A stretch of DNA of 64,000 nt from Candidatus Latescibacterota bacterium. GTDB lineage: Bacteria; Latescibacterota; UBA2968; UBA8231. The DNA lies in the NCBI GenBank assembly GCA_964291625.2, contig OZ220089.1, positions 2,336,001 to 2,400,000 on the forward strand, given 5' to 3'. A model generated the notes under the pieces. That model made no database searches. It was not told where the DNA came from and worked only from the letters and a program-made list of their open reading frames with translations. Each line of letters begins with the position of its first letter. Position 1 is the first letter of the stretch. The translations under genes were made by a program, and so were the position numbers. Positions 1 to 9,789 of this stretch are shown in pieces.

Positions 1-81
1 AGGCGAGGAGCGGGTTGCCGGTCACGCGCGGAGGGTGCCCCGGCGCCGGCCTGTCGGCCCCCTGCGTACGCCGCCGTACAC

Positions 82-360
82 TTACAGGTAGTTCAGGCCG
101 AGCTCGGCGATCAGCTGGCGAGTGGGGTTGTGCAGCAGGGAACAGATGAGGGCGACGCCGAACTCGCGCTCCAGCCCGGCGGCGTAGGTGGACTGCTCGT
201 CGCGGTAGTTGAGCCGCTGGAAGCCGAGGACGGTGTCCTTGAACTGGTCGGTGCGCTCGCAGATCACCAGCTCCGCCAGCTCGGAGTGACGCAGGGCCTC
301 CTCGACGTAGTCCTCGCCGAAGATCTCCTCCAGGGCTGTTCGCAGCTGACGGTGAAGCAC
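82..360 (-). CDS. Hypothetical protein (92 aa)
   Basis: Protein-like composition with GC3-biased codons; last visible gene of the purC minus-strand run; no motif recognised. Confidence 0.65.
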   Translation of the reverse strand: MLHRQLRTALEEIFGEDYVEEALRHSELAELVICERTDQFKDTVLGFQRLNYRDEQSTYAAGLEREFGVALICSLLHNPTRQLIAELGLNYL

Positions 361-372
361 GGGGAGGCTCGC

Positions 373-648
373 TCAGAAGGGGAAGATCTCGTCGAGACGC
401 CGGAGGGTGCGGCTGCGGGCGTCCGTGGCGGGAGACGGCGCGATCGAGAGCAGGGAAGCCCCGGGGACCCGCGCCCGGTCCACGGGCATCTGGATCACCG
501 GCCGCCGCAGCCATGCCAGCAGGACGAGACCCGCGTCGATCGCCGGCAGCCGCAGCTCCAGTCGGAACACGAGCACGGCGCCCAGGAACCGGCCGAGAAC
601 CGACCGGCGGGCCGGCGCGCTCCGCAGCTCCGCGGCCCCGGTGCTCAC
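373..648 (-). CDS. Small hypothetical protein (~91 aa)
   Basis: GTG at 648 overlaps the purC stop (GTGA); the 5' extension in the ORF track overlaps purC and is rejected. Confidence 0.4.
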   Translation of the reverse strand: MSTGAAELRSAPARRSVLGRFLGAVLVFRLELRLPAIDAGLVLLAWLRRPVIQMPVDRARVPGASLLSIAPSPATDARSRTLRRLDEIFPF

Positions 649-1646
649 ACCGGTTTGCCCCCGGGAGCGAAGAACGGCTCGATCGCTCTTTCGATGCGGT
701 CCCTCACGGAACCGTCCTCCCCCAGGTCTGGCTCGAAGGCCCGCCCCGTCACCCGCTCGAAGAGATCGACGTAGCGTCCTGCCACCTCGACGCGGATATC
801 GTCGTCGAGATGGGGGATGTTGTCGTCGGAGATGCCCTTGTCCTTCAGCCACAGACGGAGGAACTCCTTGTCCAGGCTCTCCGGCTCGTCGCCGCGCCCG
901 TGGCGCTCCTCGTAGCTGTCCAGATTCCAGTAGCGGGAGGAGTCGGGCGTGTGGATCTCGTCGGCCACCGCGATCCGCCCCTCGGCGTTGCGGCCCATCT
1001 CGTACTTGGTGTCCACCAGGATCAGCCCCTGCTCCGCCGCCAGTTGTTGCCCCCGGGCGAACAACTCCAGGGCGATCTCTTCGATCCGGCGCCAGGTCCT
1101 CTCGTCGACCAGGCCGCGCTCGACGATCTGCTCTGCGGAGATCGGCTCGTCGTGGTCCTCGGACTTGGTGGTGGGCGTGATGATCGGCGCCTCGAATGGC
1201 TGGTTCTTGATCATGCCGTCGGGGAGCCGGTTGCCGCACAGCTCCCGCACCCCGCGCGCGTAGTGGGTCCAGGCCGAGGTCTCGGTGCTGCCCGTCAGGT
1301 AGCCCCTCACGACGACCTCCACGGGGAACATGTCCAGCTCCTCGGCAACGGTGACGCTGGCGTGCGGCACCTGGAGGACGTGGTTCGGCACGATGTCGGC
1401 GGTACGCTCGAACCAGTACTGGGCGATCCGGTTGAGAACCTGCCCCTTCAGGGGGATGGTGCCCAGGACGTGATCGAAGGCGCTCTGCCGGTCGGTGGTG
1501 ATCAGGATGCGGCGGTCCGCAATGCGGTAGATATCGCGGACCTTCCCCTGGTGGTAGGAGTCGGCCCAGCGCTCGAAGCGAGCTTCGAGCAGGCAGTCGT
1601 CAAGCAGGTTGCGGAGCTGTTCGCGGCTGACCAACAGTGCCTCCAT
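645..1646 (-). CDS. purC: SAICAR synthase
   Basis: GKVRDIY, TDRQSAFD, VEVVVRGYLTGS, LVDTKYEMG, ADEIHTPDSSRYW, SLDKEFLR. Confidence 0.97.
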   Translation of the reverse strand: MEALLVSREQLRNLLDDCLLEARFERWADSYHQGKVRDIYRIADRRILITTDRQSAFDHVLGTIPLKGQVLNRIAQYWFERTADIVPNHVLQVPHASVTVAEELDMFPVEVVVRGYLTGSTETSAWTHYARGVRELCGNRLPDGMIKNQPFEAPIITPTTKSEDHDEPISAEQIVERGLVDERTWRRIEEIALELFARGQQLAAEQGLILVDTKYEMGRNAEGRIAVADEIHTPDSSRYWNLDSYEERHGRGDEPESLDKEFLRLWLKDKGISDDNIPHLDDDIRVEVAGRYVDLFERVTGRAFEPDLGEDGSVRDRIERAIEPFFAPGGKPV

Positions 1647-1672
1647 CGGGTGCAGGTGAAGGGGGTTTGGTG

Positions 1673-1701
1673 AAGGTATCCCGGCCTCCGCAACCCGTCA
1701 A
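1673..1701 (-). promoter_or_regulatory. Sigma70-like promoter for purC
   Basis: TTGACG-N17-TACCTT on the minus strand upstream of the purC start. Confidence 0.5.
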
Positions 1702-1710
1702 CGAAGCGCC

Positions 1711-1740
1711 TTGCCTTCGGCTTTCGGGGCGTTGTATGTT
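1711..1740 (+). promoter_or_regulatory. Sigma70-like promoter for the lipoprotein gene
   Basis: TTGCCT-N18-TATGTT. Confidence 0.4.
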
Positions 1741-1827
1741 ACGGCCGAGCCCGTCATCGGCGGCGCCCCTGGCGCTGCCGGGCGGGCCCTCGCGTGGAAC
1801 CTGCACCACCTACGCCTGGAGGTCGAA

Positions 1828-2310
1828 ATGGTACGGGGGCTGCTGCTCACACTCACGTTGGCGGTGGGGCTGACCGGATGCGGCAGGGAGGAGGAGATCG
1901 CCGAACTGAAGCAGTATGTGAAGTCGATCCAGGAGTTTCAGGACTTCAACGAGCGCGTGGAGCGGACGATCCTGCGTTTCGACGATCCAAGCGTGCCGGT
2001 CACCAATGCCGACATCGAGGCAGCCAGGGCCATGCTCGACGAGTACGCCGACGCCGTGAACACCATCCCGGCCCTCGACGAGCGCACGATCCGCAACACC
2101 CACGACCTCTACCAGCGGGCCTTCGAGCAGGCCCGCCGCCTGGCGCGAGACGAGACCGGCGACACCCGGCGGCAGGCGCACTCCGTGGCCATCGGCCTGC
2201 GGAACCTGCGCCGCGACATCGAGCAGCGCGTCTACCCGTCGTTGATCGTCCTCCTGGCGCGGGAGCAACTGGAGGGCGGCGAGTACGAACTGGCCTGGCC
2301 GGAACTCTGA
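1828..2310 (+). CDS. Predicted lipoprotein, helical, unknown function
   Basis: GGAGG RBS before ATG 1828; hydrophobic signal with lipobox LTGC. Confidence 0.8.
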   Translation: MVRGLLLTLTLAVGLTGCGREEEIAELKQYVKSIQEFQDFNERVERTILRFDDPSVPVTNADIEAARAMLDEYADAVNTIPALDERTIRNTHDLYQRAFEQARRLARDETGDTRRQAHSVAIGLRNLRRDIEQRVYPSLIVLLAREQLEGGEYELAWPEL

Positions 2311-2490
2311 AGCGCTCATCCTGACGTAGGCCGTTACGCGGCCGGGCCCTCTGACCGGGTCCCGGCCGTCCCCCTCGTCCAGCGCGGCCCCCGCATTTCC
2401 CCTGGCCGAGCGCGCCTCGGCGGGCCCGCCGTGCCACGGCCGGTGCCCTCGACAATCCCGAACCTCAAGACCTGGAGGGCCCGCCGCCGA

Positions 2491-4047
2491 TCAGGCGCCG
2501 GCGGCTGAGCGCAGTCCTCTCCCATCCCTGGTCCTGGCACCGAGCCACCGCAGGCCCGCGAGACCCAGCCAGGGCTGCAGGCCGGAGAGCGTTCCGGTGT
2601 ACAGGAACCCCGCGTGAAAGAGCAGCAGGAAGGGGATCCCCAGGTAGAGCTGCGCCTCCAAGGCTCGAAGGATGACCAGCACGAAGTAGCCGGCCATCGC
2701 CAGCTCCGCCAGGGCCACCAGGGTTTTCGACCCCGCGTACTTCGCTCCGGGAAGGGAACCGCCGGAACCCACGCCGTACTTGGGCGTGCGCTGAAAACCG
2801 GTCCTGTAGCCCAGCAACCCTTCCAGGACCGCCCGGGCATTGTTGACGCACAGGCTGATGCCGATCGCCATCAGCAGCGGCAGGTATTTGATCGAGCTCT
2901 TCCAGTCTTCGTACAGGGCCTTCTGCGAGACCAGGTAGTAGCTCCCGATGGCCATCGTCGCCATCGAGAACAGGGGCAGGTCGATGAGAAACAACCGGTG
3001 CTCCCAGGGCATCGACTGCCGGATCCCGAGGACCGGCAGCATGAGCACCGCCATGAGCAGCATGAGCACGTAGCAGATGTTCGCCGTCAGGTGCACGGTG
3101 GCCTCCACCTTCACCTTCAGGGGCAGCCGTGCCCGCCACACGCGGGGCAGGATCTTGCGGGCGGTCTGCACCGCGCCCTTGGTCCAGCGATGCTGCTGGG
3201 TCTTGAAGGCGTTGATCTCCACGGGCAGCTCCGCCGGCACCTCGATGTCGGGCAGGTAGAGGAACCTCCATCCGGCGAGTTGCGCCCGGAAGCTCAGGTC
3301 GAGGTCCTCGGTGAGTGTGTCGTGCTGCCAGCCGCCGCCGTCGACGATCGCCTGGCGACGCCAGAGTCCGGCGGTACCGTTGAAATTGAAGAACCGGCCC
3401 GAGCGGTTGCGCGCGGTGTGCTCGATGACGAGATGGCCGTCGAGGAAAATCGACTGGATGCGGGTGAGCAGTGAGAAGCGCCGGTTGAGGTGGCCCCAAC
3501 GCAGCTGCACCATGCCGATGCGATCGTCGGTGAAGTGATGGATGGCCTTCTTCAGGACATCGGGGGGCGGCACGAAGTCGGCGTCCAGAAGGAAGATGAA
3601 CTCGCTGCGGGTCCGGGACAGGCCGGCCGCGAGGGCTCCGGCCTTGTACCCCTCGCGGTTGTCCCGGCGCAGGTAACGAGCGTCCACCCCCTGCCCCCGC
3701 AGGCGCTCCACGGCGGCCACCGCCCGTCCGCGGGTCTCGTCCGTCGAGTCGTCGAGGACCTGCACCTCGAGCCGGTCCTTCGGGTAGTGGAGGGCGCCGA
3801 TGCTGTCCACGAGGCGGTCGACGACGTGGTACTCGTTGTAGATGGGCAGCTGCACCGTCACTCGGGGCAGCTGGGGGAAGCGCCCCGGAGGCTCGGGGGT
3901 CTCCCGGCGGTGACGGCAGTAGAGGCGCAGCATGAACCAGCGGTGGAACCCGTACAGGCTCAGGAGGCCGACGGTGACGCAGTAGAGAGTGAGGAGGGCG
4001 ATCTGCGCCGCCGAAAGAGCCCCCAGGCCGTCGATCGTCTCAGCCAT
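2491..4047 (-). CDS. Membrane GT2 glycosyltransferase (cellulose-synthase-like)
   Basis: QLPIYNE, DDSTD, GYKAGAL, DADF, TEDLD and QQHRW (D,D,D,QxxRW); N- and C-terminal TM helices. Confidence 0.93.
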   Translation of the reverse strand: MAETIDGLGALSAAQIALLTLYCVTVGLLSLYGFHRWFMLRLYCRHRRETPEPPGRFPQLPRVTVQLPIYNEYHVVDRLVDSIGALHYPKDRLEVQVLDDSTDETRGRAVAAVERLRGQGVDARYLRRDNREGYKAGALAAGLSRTRSEFIFLLDADFVPPPDVLKKAIHHFTDDRIGMVQLRWGHLNRRFSLLTRIQSIFLDGHLVIEHTARNRSGRFFNFNGTAGLWRRQAIVDGGGWQHDTLTEDLDLSFRAQLAGWRFLYLPDIEVPAELPVEINAFKTQQHRWTKGAVQTARKILPRVWRARLPLKVKVEATVHLTANICYVLMLLMAVLMLPVLGIRQSMPWEHRLFLIDLPLFSMATMAIGSYYLVSQKALYEDWKSSIKYLPLLMAIGISLCVNNARAVLEGLLGYRTGFQRTPKYGVGSGGSLPGAKYAGSKTLVALAELAMAGYFVLVILRALEAQLYLGIPFLLLFHAGFLYTGTLSGLQPWLGLAGLRWLGARTRDGRGLRSAAGA

Positions 4048-4072
4048 GGCCTACCTTCCCGCCCCGCCCCCT

Positions 4073-7000
4073 TCAGCCCTTGCCGTGGCAATGCTTGAAC
4101 TTCTTGCCGCTGCCGCAGGGGCAGGGCTGGTTCCGGCCCACCTTCGGACCGGCCCGCACCGGCGCTCTCTTCGCCGGCCCGCCGCCCTCGCTGCCCGCCG
4201 CTACCAGCTCCTGATCGTCCCGGGGGGCCCCGGCCGGGCGCCCCAGGGGCATTCCGTCACCCGCGGGCGCACCCGGCGCCGAGGCCTCGGCGGGACCGGC
4301 CGGTGCGCCGCGGAAGCCGAGGTTCGTCGCCTCCCGATGGATGTCGCTGAACCGGCCCCGGCCGGCGGGCGCCCGTCTCTCCGGTACCGGCCCCGCCTCG
4401 ACGCGAAGCTGGAACAGGTTGCTCAGCGACTCGGTATCGATCCGCCCGATGAGACTCTCGAACATCTCGAAAGCCTCCTTCTGGTACACCAGCAGGGGGT
4501 CCTTGCCGCCCACCCCGGCGAACCCGACCCCCTCCTTCAACTCGTCCATCTCGTAGAGGTGTTCCTGCCAGCACGTGTCGATGGTGTGCAGCAGGATCGC
4601 CTTCTCCACCTCGTTGAAGGTGTTCTCGTCGACGGCCTGGCGGCGGTGCTCGTACGCGGCCCGGGCGGCCTCGAGGAGGCGCGCTTCCAGGGCGGAGGAC
4701 TCGACGCCGTCGCGCTCGGCCACCTCCACCGGGAAGGGGGTGTAGAACCGGGTCGAGAAGTCGTCGGCCAGGTCTTCCCAGGTCCACTCGGAGGAGTGCG
4801 TGTCGGCCTGGGCGTGGGCGGCGACCAGGCCGGAGACGGTCTCGGCGATGATGTCGAGCACCTGGTCCCGGGCGGTGTCCCGCTCGAGGATGTCGCGCCG
4901 ACGGTTGTAGATCACCTGGCGCTGCTGGTTCATCACGTCGTCGTATTTCAGCAGGTGCTTGCGGATCTCGAAGTTGCGCGCCTCCACTTTCTTCTGGGCC
5001 CGCTCGATGGAGCGCGTCACCATGCGGTGCTCGATGACCTCTCCCTCCTCTGCCCCGAGGCGGTCCATCACCGAGGCGATGCGCTCCGAGCCGAAGAGCC
5101 TCATCAGGTCGTCCTCGAGGGAGAGGTAGAAGCGCGAGCCTCCGGGATCGCCCTGCCGGCCGGCGCGGCCCCTCAGCTGCCGGTCGATGCGGCGCGACTC
5201 GTGCCGCTCGGTGCCGATCACCTGCAGGCCGCTCGGGTTCTCGGTGAGCTCCTCGGCCAGAGGGCGGCCGTCGACGGCATCCTCCAAGGTCGTCTCCGAC
5301 TCGATCAGCTCGCGGTCGATGTGGACGACACCGGGGTTCAGCTTTATGTCGGTACCCCGCCCGGCCATGTTGGTGGCGATGGTCACCGTGCCCGGCTGGC
5401 CGGCGTCGGCCACCACCTGCGCCTCCTTCTCGTGGAAGCGGGCGTTCAGCAGCTGGTGCTGGATCCCCTTGCGCTTGAGCATGCGCGACAGCAGCTCGGA
5501 GATCTCCACCGAGATCGTGCCTACCAGCACGGGCAGTCCGCGCTCGTGAAGCCAGCCGATCTCCTCAATGATGGCGGTGTACTTCTCGCGCTTGGTGCGG
5601 AAGATCTGGTCCTCGTGGTCGAGGCGGCGCACCGGCCGGTGGGTGGGGATGACGACGACGTCGAGCTTGTAGATCTCCCACAGCTCCGCTGATTCGGTCT
5701 CGGCCGTACCGGTCATGCCGGCCAGCTTGCGATACATGCGGAACAGGTTCTGCAGGGTGATGGTGGCCACCGTCTGCGTCTCCTGCTCGACCTTGACTCC
5801 CTCCTTCGCCTCCAGGGCCTGGTGCAGCCCGTCGGCGAACCTCCGCCCGGGCTGGGGCCGGCCGGTGGACTCGTCGACGATGACGACCTTCCTGTCCTCG
5901 GTCACCATGTACTGGACGTCGCGCTCGAAGAGGGTGTAGGCGCGCATGAGCTGGTTGATGTTGTGCACCGCCTCGGTGCGCTGCTGGTGGTCGCGGTAGG
6001 CTTCGTCCTCGGCCGTGCGCCGCTCCTCCTCGCCCCGCGACTCGTCCTTGCGGATGCGGCCGATCTCCTCGCTCACGTCGGGAAGGACGAACAGGGCCTG
6101 CTCGTCGGGGGACAGCAGGTCCCGCCCCTTGTCCATCAGGTCGATGGTGTGGGCCTTCTCGTCGACTGCGTAGAACAACTCGTCGTCGATCTCGGTCATG
6201 CGCTTGTCGCGCATGAAGTCGGCCTCCACACGGCCGATGAGGCGCTTCGTGCCCTCCTCCTGCAGCGTCTTCATGAGACGCCGGTTCTTCGGGGCGCCGC
6301 GGACCGCGCGCAGCAGGGCGATGCCGGCCTCGTACTCGCCGTCCGCCTGCTGGCGTTTGCTCTCGGCCTCGGCCACGAGCTTGTTGACGAGGTTCGTCTG
6401 CGCCCGCAGCAGCCTCTCCACCATGGGCTTGAACTCGGCGTAGCGGTTCGTCGCCTCGGGCACGGGACCCGAGATGATCAGCGGCGTGCGGGCGTCGTCG
6501 ATCAGGTTGGAGTCGGCCTCGTCGACGATGGCGTAGTTGAACTCCCGCTGCACCATGTGCTCGCGGCGGGTGGCCATGTTGTCGTAGAGGTAGTCGAACC
6601 CGACCTGGTCCTTGGTGGCGTAGACGATGTCGGCCCGGTAGGCCTCGTGCCGGGTGGCCGGCCGCCAGACGAACTCCTCCGGGGGCGACTCCGGCGCCGG
6701 CAGCAGGTAGGCCTCGGCGCCGCCGGTCTGGCGCTGATCCTGGATCACGCCCACGGACAGACCGAGGAAGTTGTAGACGCCGCCCATCCACATGGCGTCG
6801 CGCTTGGCCAGGTAGTTGTTGTGGGTGATCAGGTGCACGCCGCGGCCCGGCAGAGCGTTGAGATACAGGGGCATGGTAGCCACCAGGGTCTTGCCCTCGC
6901 CGGTGGCCATCTCGGCGATCTTGCCCTCGTGCAGCACGGTGCCGCCGAAGAGCTGCACGTCGTAGGGCACCATGAACCACTCCTCGGGACCCCCGACACC

Positions 7001-7378
7001 TTCCCAGGTGCGCCCCACCAGCCGGCGGCAGGCCTCCTTGACCAGGGCGAAGGCCTCCTCCTGGATCTCCTCGAGGGCCTCGCCCTCGGCGGCGTGAATC
7101 TCCTCGTTCAGGGCCTCGTGGCGATCGTTGAGATCCTCGCGCTCCCCGGGCTCGAGGTCGCTGCGCAGCTGCTCCTCGATCTCCCGCAGCTCCCCGGCGC
7201 GGGGGCCGACGTGATCGCGGATCCGCTCCCGGAACCCCGCCGTGCGGGCGAAGAGCTCGGCGTCGGAGAGCGTCCTCAGCCCTGCCAGTTCCTCGTTGAT
7301 GTCGGCGAGGGCCGGCGAGGCCTTCCTGAACTCCCGCTCCGCCTGGGAGCCGAAGAGCTTCTTTATTGAACCCAGCAT
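4073..7378 (-). CDS. secA: Preprotein translocase ATPase SecA
   Basis: EMATGEGKT, VDEADS, GMTGTA, ATNMAGRGTDI, RRIDRQLRGRAGRQGDPG, C-terminal CPCGSGKKFKHCH; start at ATG 7378. Confidence 0.98.
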   Translation of the reverse strand: MLGSIKKLFGSQAEREFRKASPALADINEELAGLRTLSDAELFARTAGFRERIRDHVGPRAGELREIEEQLRSDLEPGEREDLNDRHEALNEEIHAAEGEALEEIQEEAFALVKEACRRLVGRTWEGVGGPEEWFMVPYDVQLFGGTVLHEGKIAEMATGEGKTLVATMPLYLNALPGRGVHLITHNNYLAKRDAMWMGGVYNFLGLSVGVIQDQRQTGGAEAYLLPAPESPPEEFVWRPATRHEAYRADIVYATKDQVGFDYLYDNMATRREHMVQREFNYAIVDEADSNLIDDARTPLIISGPVPEATNRYAEFKPMVERLLRAQTNLVNKLVAEAESKRQQADGEYEAGIALLRAVRGAPKNRRLMKTLQEEGTKRLIGRVEADFMRDKRMTEIDDELFYAVDEKAHTIDLMDKGRDLLSPDEQALFVLPDVSEEIGRIRKDESRGEEERRTAEDEAYRDHQQRTEAVHNINQLMRAYTLFERDVQYMVTEDRKVVIVDESTGRPQPGRRFADGLHQALEAKEGVKVEQETQTVATITLQNLFRMYRKLAGMTGTAETESAELWEIYKLDVVVIPTHRPVRRLDHEDQIFRTKREKYTAIIEEIGWLHERGLPVLVGTISVEISELLSRMLKRKGIQHQLLNARFHEKEAQVVADAGQPGTVTIATNMAGRGTDIKLNPGVVHIDRELIESETTLEDAVDGRPLAEELTENPSGLQVIGTERHESRRIDRQLRGRAGRQGDPGGSRFYLSLEDDLMRLFGSERIASVMDRLGAEEGEVIEHRMVTRSIERAQKKVEARNFEIRKHLLKYDDVMNQQRQVIYNRRRDILERDTARDQVLDIIAETVSGLVAAHAQADTHSSEWTWEDLADDFSTRFYTPFPVEVAERDGVESSALEARLLEAARAAYEHRRQAVDENTFNEVEKAILLHTIDTCWQEHLYEMDELKEGVGFAGVGGKDPLLVYQKEAFEMFESLIGRIDTESLSNLFQLRVEAGPVPERRAPAGRGRFSDIHREATNLGFRGAPAGPAEASAPGAPAGDGMPLGRPAGAPRDDQELVAAGSEGGGPAKRAPVRAGPKVGRNQPCPCGSGKKFKHCHGKG

Positions 7379-7577
7379 GGTCTGTGTGCGGTTCGGTGTG
7401 ATGGGGAACAGATCGGGATTCCGAATGCCAGGCGCGCGGGGCCACCGGAGCATCTGCCGGCGGCCAGGTTCCTCACGGCAGGGGAAGGGGTCCCGCAACC
7501 GGACCTGCGGGAACCAGCGCGGTTAAGATACTCGACGCTCCCGAAAACGGCCACCGGCGCACCGGCCCCGGGGCGGG

Positions 7578-8036
7578 TCACAACCGGATGCCGCGGGCCC
7601 TCGCGATTCCGTCCAGAACCCCGTTCACGAAGGCATGCGACTGGCCTCCGCCGTAGGTGCGGGCCAGCTCTACGGCCTCGTCGATCGCCACCCGGCCGGG
7701 AACGTCGTCGAAGTAGAGCAGCTCGGCGGCCCCGAGCCGAAGCACGAGCCCGTCGAGGCGGGCGATGCGGTCGCTGGTCCAGTTGGTGGCGGTGGAGGAG
7801 ATCAGGCCATGGAGCTCCTCGGCGTGCTCCACGGCCGCCCGGGCCAGACGGCTGGCGAACTCGAGGTTCTCCCGCCGGAGGCCGGCGGCGGTCGCCCGCT
7901 GCCGCAGGGCCTCCTCGAGCTGTCCCGGTGAGGCCACTTCCCAGTAGAGGACCTCGAGAGCCAGCCGCCGGGCGCCGGTACGACTGTCCGGCAGTTCCTC
8001 CTCTTCCACTCCCCACTCGTCGGCGGCGCCGGTCAC
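7578..8036 (-). CDS. nusB: Transcription antitermination factor NusB
   Basis: RTGARRLALEVLY, NWTSDRI, VAIDEAVELARTY, FVNGVLD; follows ribH. Confidence 0.95.
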   Translation of the reverse strand: MTGAADEWGVEEEELPDSRTGARRLALEVLYWEVASPGQLEEALRQRATAAGLRRENLEFASRLARAAVEHAEELHGLISSTATNWTSDRIARLDGLVLRLGAAELLYFDDVPGRVAIDEAVELARTYGGGQSHAFVNGVLDGIARARGIRL

Positions 8037-8044
8037 GGCCTCTT

Positions 8045-8512
8045 TCAGTCCATCCCGGCCATCAGGTCGGCCATCTCGATGGCGTTCATCGCCGCGTCCC
8101 ATCCGCGGTTGCCGGAACGCACACCGGCCCGGTTGACGGCCTGCTCGGTATCGTCGGTGGTGATGACGCCGAAGGTCACCGGGGTGCCGCTGTCGAGGCC
8201 GACGCGGGCGATGCCGCGAGCCGTCTCGGCGGCGACGAAGTCGAAGTGAGGGGTCTCGGAGCGGATCACGGCGCCGAGGCAGATGACCGCGTCGAAGCGC
8301 CCGGTGACCGCCAGCCGGCGCGCCACCAGAGGCAGCTCGAAGGAGCCGGGGACCCAGGCGATCTCGACGTTGTCCTCCGGGCATCCGTGGCGCCGCAGGC
8401 AGTCCAGCGCGCCGTCGAGCAACCTGCCCGTGATCAGACTGTTGAAGCGGGCCACGACGATGGCGAAGCGCCGGCTGCCGGCCTCGAGCTTGCCCTCATG
8501 CACTTTCGGCAT
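8045..8512 (-). CDS. ribH: 6,7-dimethyl-8-ribityllumazine synthase
   Basis: [31 protein letters not shown]. Confidence 0.97.
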   Translation of the reverse strand: MPKVHEGKLEAGSRRFAIVVARFNSLITGRLLDGALDCLRRHGCPEDNVEIAWVPGSFELPLVARRLAVTGRFDAVICLGAVIRSETPHFDFVAAETARGIARVGLDSGTPVTFGVITTDDTEQAVNRAGVRSGNRGWDAAMNAIEMADLMAGMD

Positions 8513-8521
8513 CGGGTCCCC

Positions 8522-9757
8522 TTATTCGGAGAGCAGGTTGGTGTGCCCCATGCGGTCTCGCTTGGTCCGCAGGTAGCGGATGTTGTGCCGGTTGGGCTCC
8601 GCCGCCAGCGACACTTCCTCGACCACGGTCAGCCCGTAGCCCTCGAGTCCGACGCGTTTGCGCGGGTTGTTGGTCAGCAGCCGCAACTGCCGCAGGCCGA
8701 GGTCGTAGAGGACCTGGGCGCCGATGCCGTAGTCCCGGGCGTCGGCGGGCAGGCCGAGGGCGTGGTTGGCCTCGACGGTGTCGAGACCCTGGCTCTGCTG
8801 CAGCTCGTAGGCCTTGAGCTTGTGAATCAGCCCGATGCCGCGGCCCTCGTGACTCTGGATGTAGACGATCACCCCCCGGCCCTCGGAGGCGATCAGAGAC
8901 ATGGCCCGCTCCAGCTGCTCGCCGCAGTCGCACAGGTGCGAACCGAGGGCGTCGCCGGTGACGCAGGAGGAGTGCATGCGCACCAGTGTCGGCGCGCCGT
9001 CGGCCACATCTCCCATGGCCAGGGCGATGTACGGACTGCCATCGACCAGGGAGCGGTAGGCGTAGACGGTGAACTCGCCGTGCCCCGTGGGCATGGGGGT
9101 CCGGGCCTGCAGCTCGATCAGCTTCTCGGACCGGCGCCGATGGGCGATCAGATCGCGGATGGTGGCGATCTTGAGGCCGTGGCGGGCTGCGAACTCGAGG
9201 AGGTAGGGGGTGGACGCCAGCTCTCCGTCGGCGTCGAGGACCGAGGCCAGGAGCGCTACCGGCTCGACGCCGGCCAGCCGGGCGAGGTCGACGGAGGCCT
9301 CGGTGTGGCCCGCCCTCCGCAACACGCCTCCGGGTTGGGCGGCGATGGGCGTCACGTGGCCGGGCTGCACGAAGTCGGCTCCGCGGCTGTCCGGATCGGC
9401 CAGCCGGCGGATGGTGAGGGCGCGTTCCTGGGCCGAGACCCCGGTGCCCGTCACCTCGCGGGCGTTGACCGAGGTCATGCAGGCCGCGCTCCGCGGGCCA
9501 CCGCCGCCGGGGCGGGCCAGCTCCAGGCCCGACGCCTCGAGCCGCTCGCGGTCGGCGGCGACGTAGACCGGGCCTCCCGCGTGCCGGGTGATGAAGTTGA
9601 CCGAGGCGGCGTCGGCAAGCTCGGCGACCATGACCAGCTCACCCTCGCCCACGACGTCGGACCCGTCCACGTCGACGGCGCGTTCGTCCACCAGGACCAC
9701 CATGCGGCCGGCGGCCAGGTCGTCGATGCTCTCTTCGATGTTGTTGAAGTCGGACAA
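8522..9757 (-). CDS. ribBA: RibBA fusion: degenerate DHBP synthase domain plus GTP cyclohydrolase II
   Basis: GGVLRRAGHTEA in the N half; VRMHSSC...CDCGEQL, EGRGIGL, DARDY, TNNPRK in the C half; TTG start inferred. Confidence 0.9.
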   Translation of the reverse strand: MSDFNNIEESIDDLAAGRMVVLVDERAVDVDGSDVVGEGELVMVAELADAASVNFITRHAGGPVYVAADRERLEASGLELARPGGGGPRSAACMTSVNAREVTGTGVSAQERALTIRRLADPDSRGADFVQPGHVTPIAAQPGGVLRRAGHTEASVDLARLAGVEPVALLASVLDADGELASTPYLLEFAARHGLKIATIRDLIAHRRRSEKLIELQARTPMPTGHGEFTVYAYRSLVDGSPYIALAMGDVADGAPTLVRMHSSCVTGDALGSHLCDCGEQLERAMSLIASEGRGVIVYIQSHEGRGIGLIHKLKAYELQQSQGLDTVEANHALGLPADARDYGIGAQVLYDLGLRQLRLLTNNPRKRVGLEGYGLTVVEEVSLAAEPNRHNIRYLRTKRDRMGHTNLLSE

Positions 9758-9789
9758 GGTCAGAAAACGCCCGGCCGAAGCCGGGCGTT

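Noticed and set aside
2311-2490. Short CGGCCG..CCCTC and GGGCCCGCCG recurrences between convergent genes
   Set aside because: Too short and GC-rich to distinguish from chance
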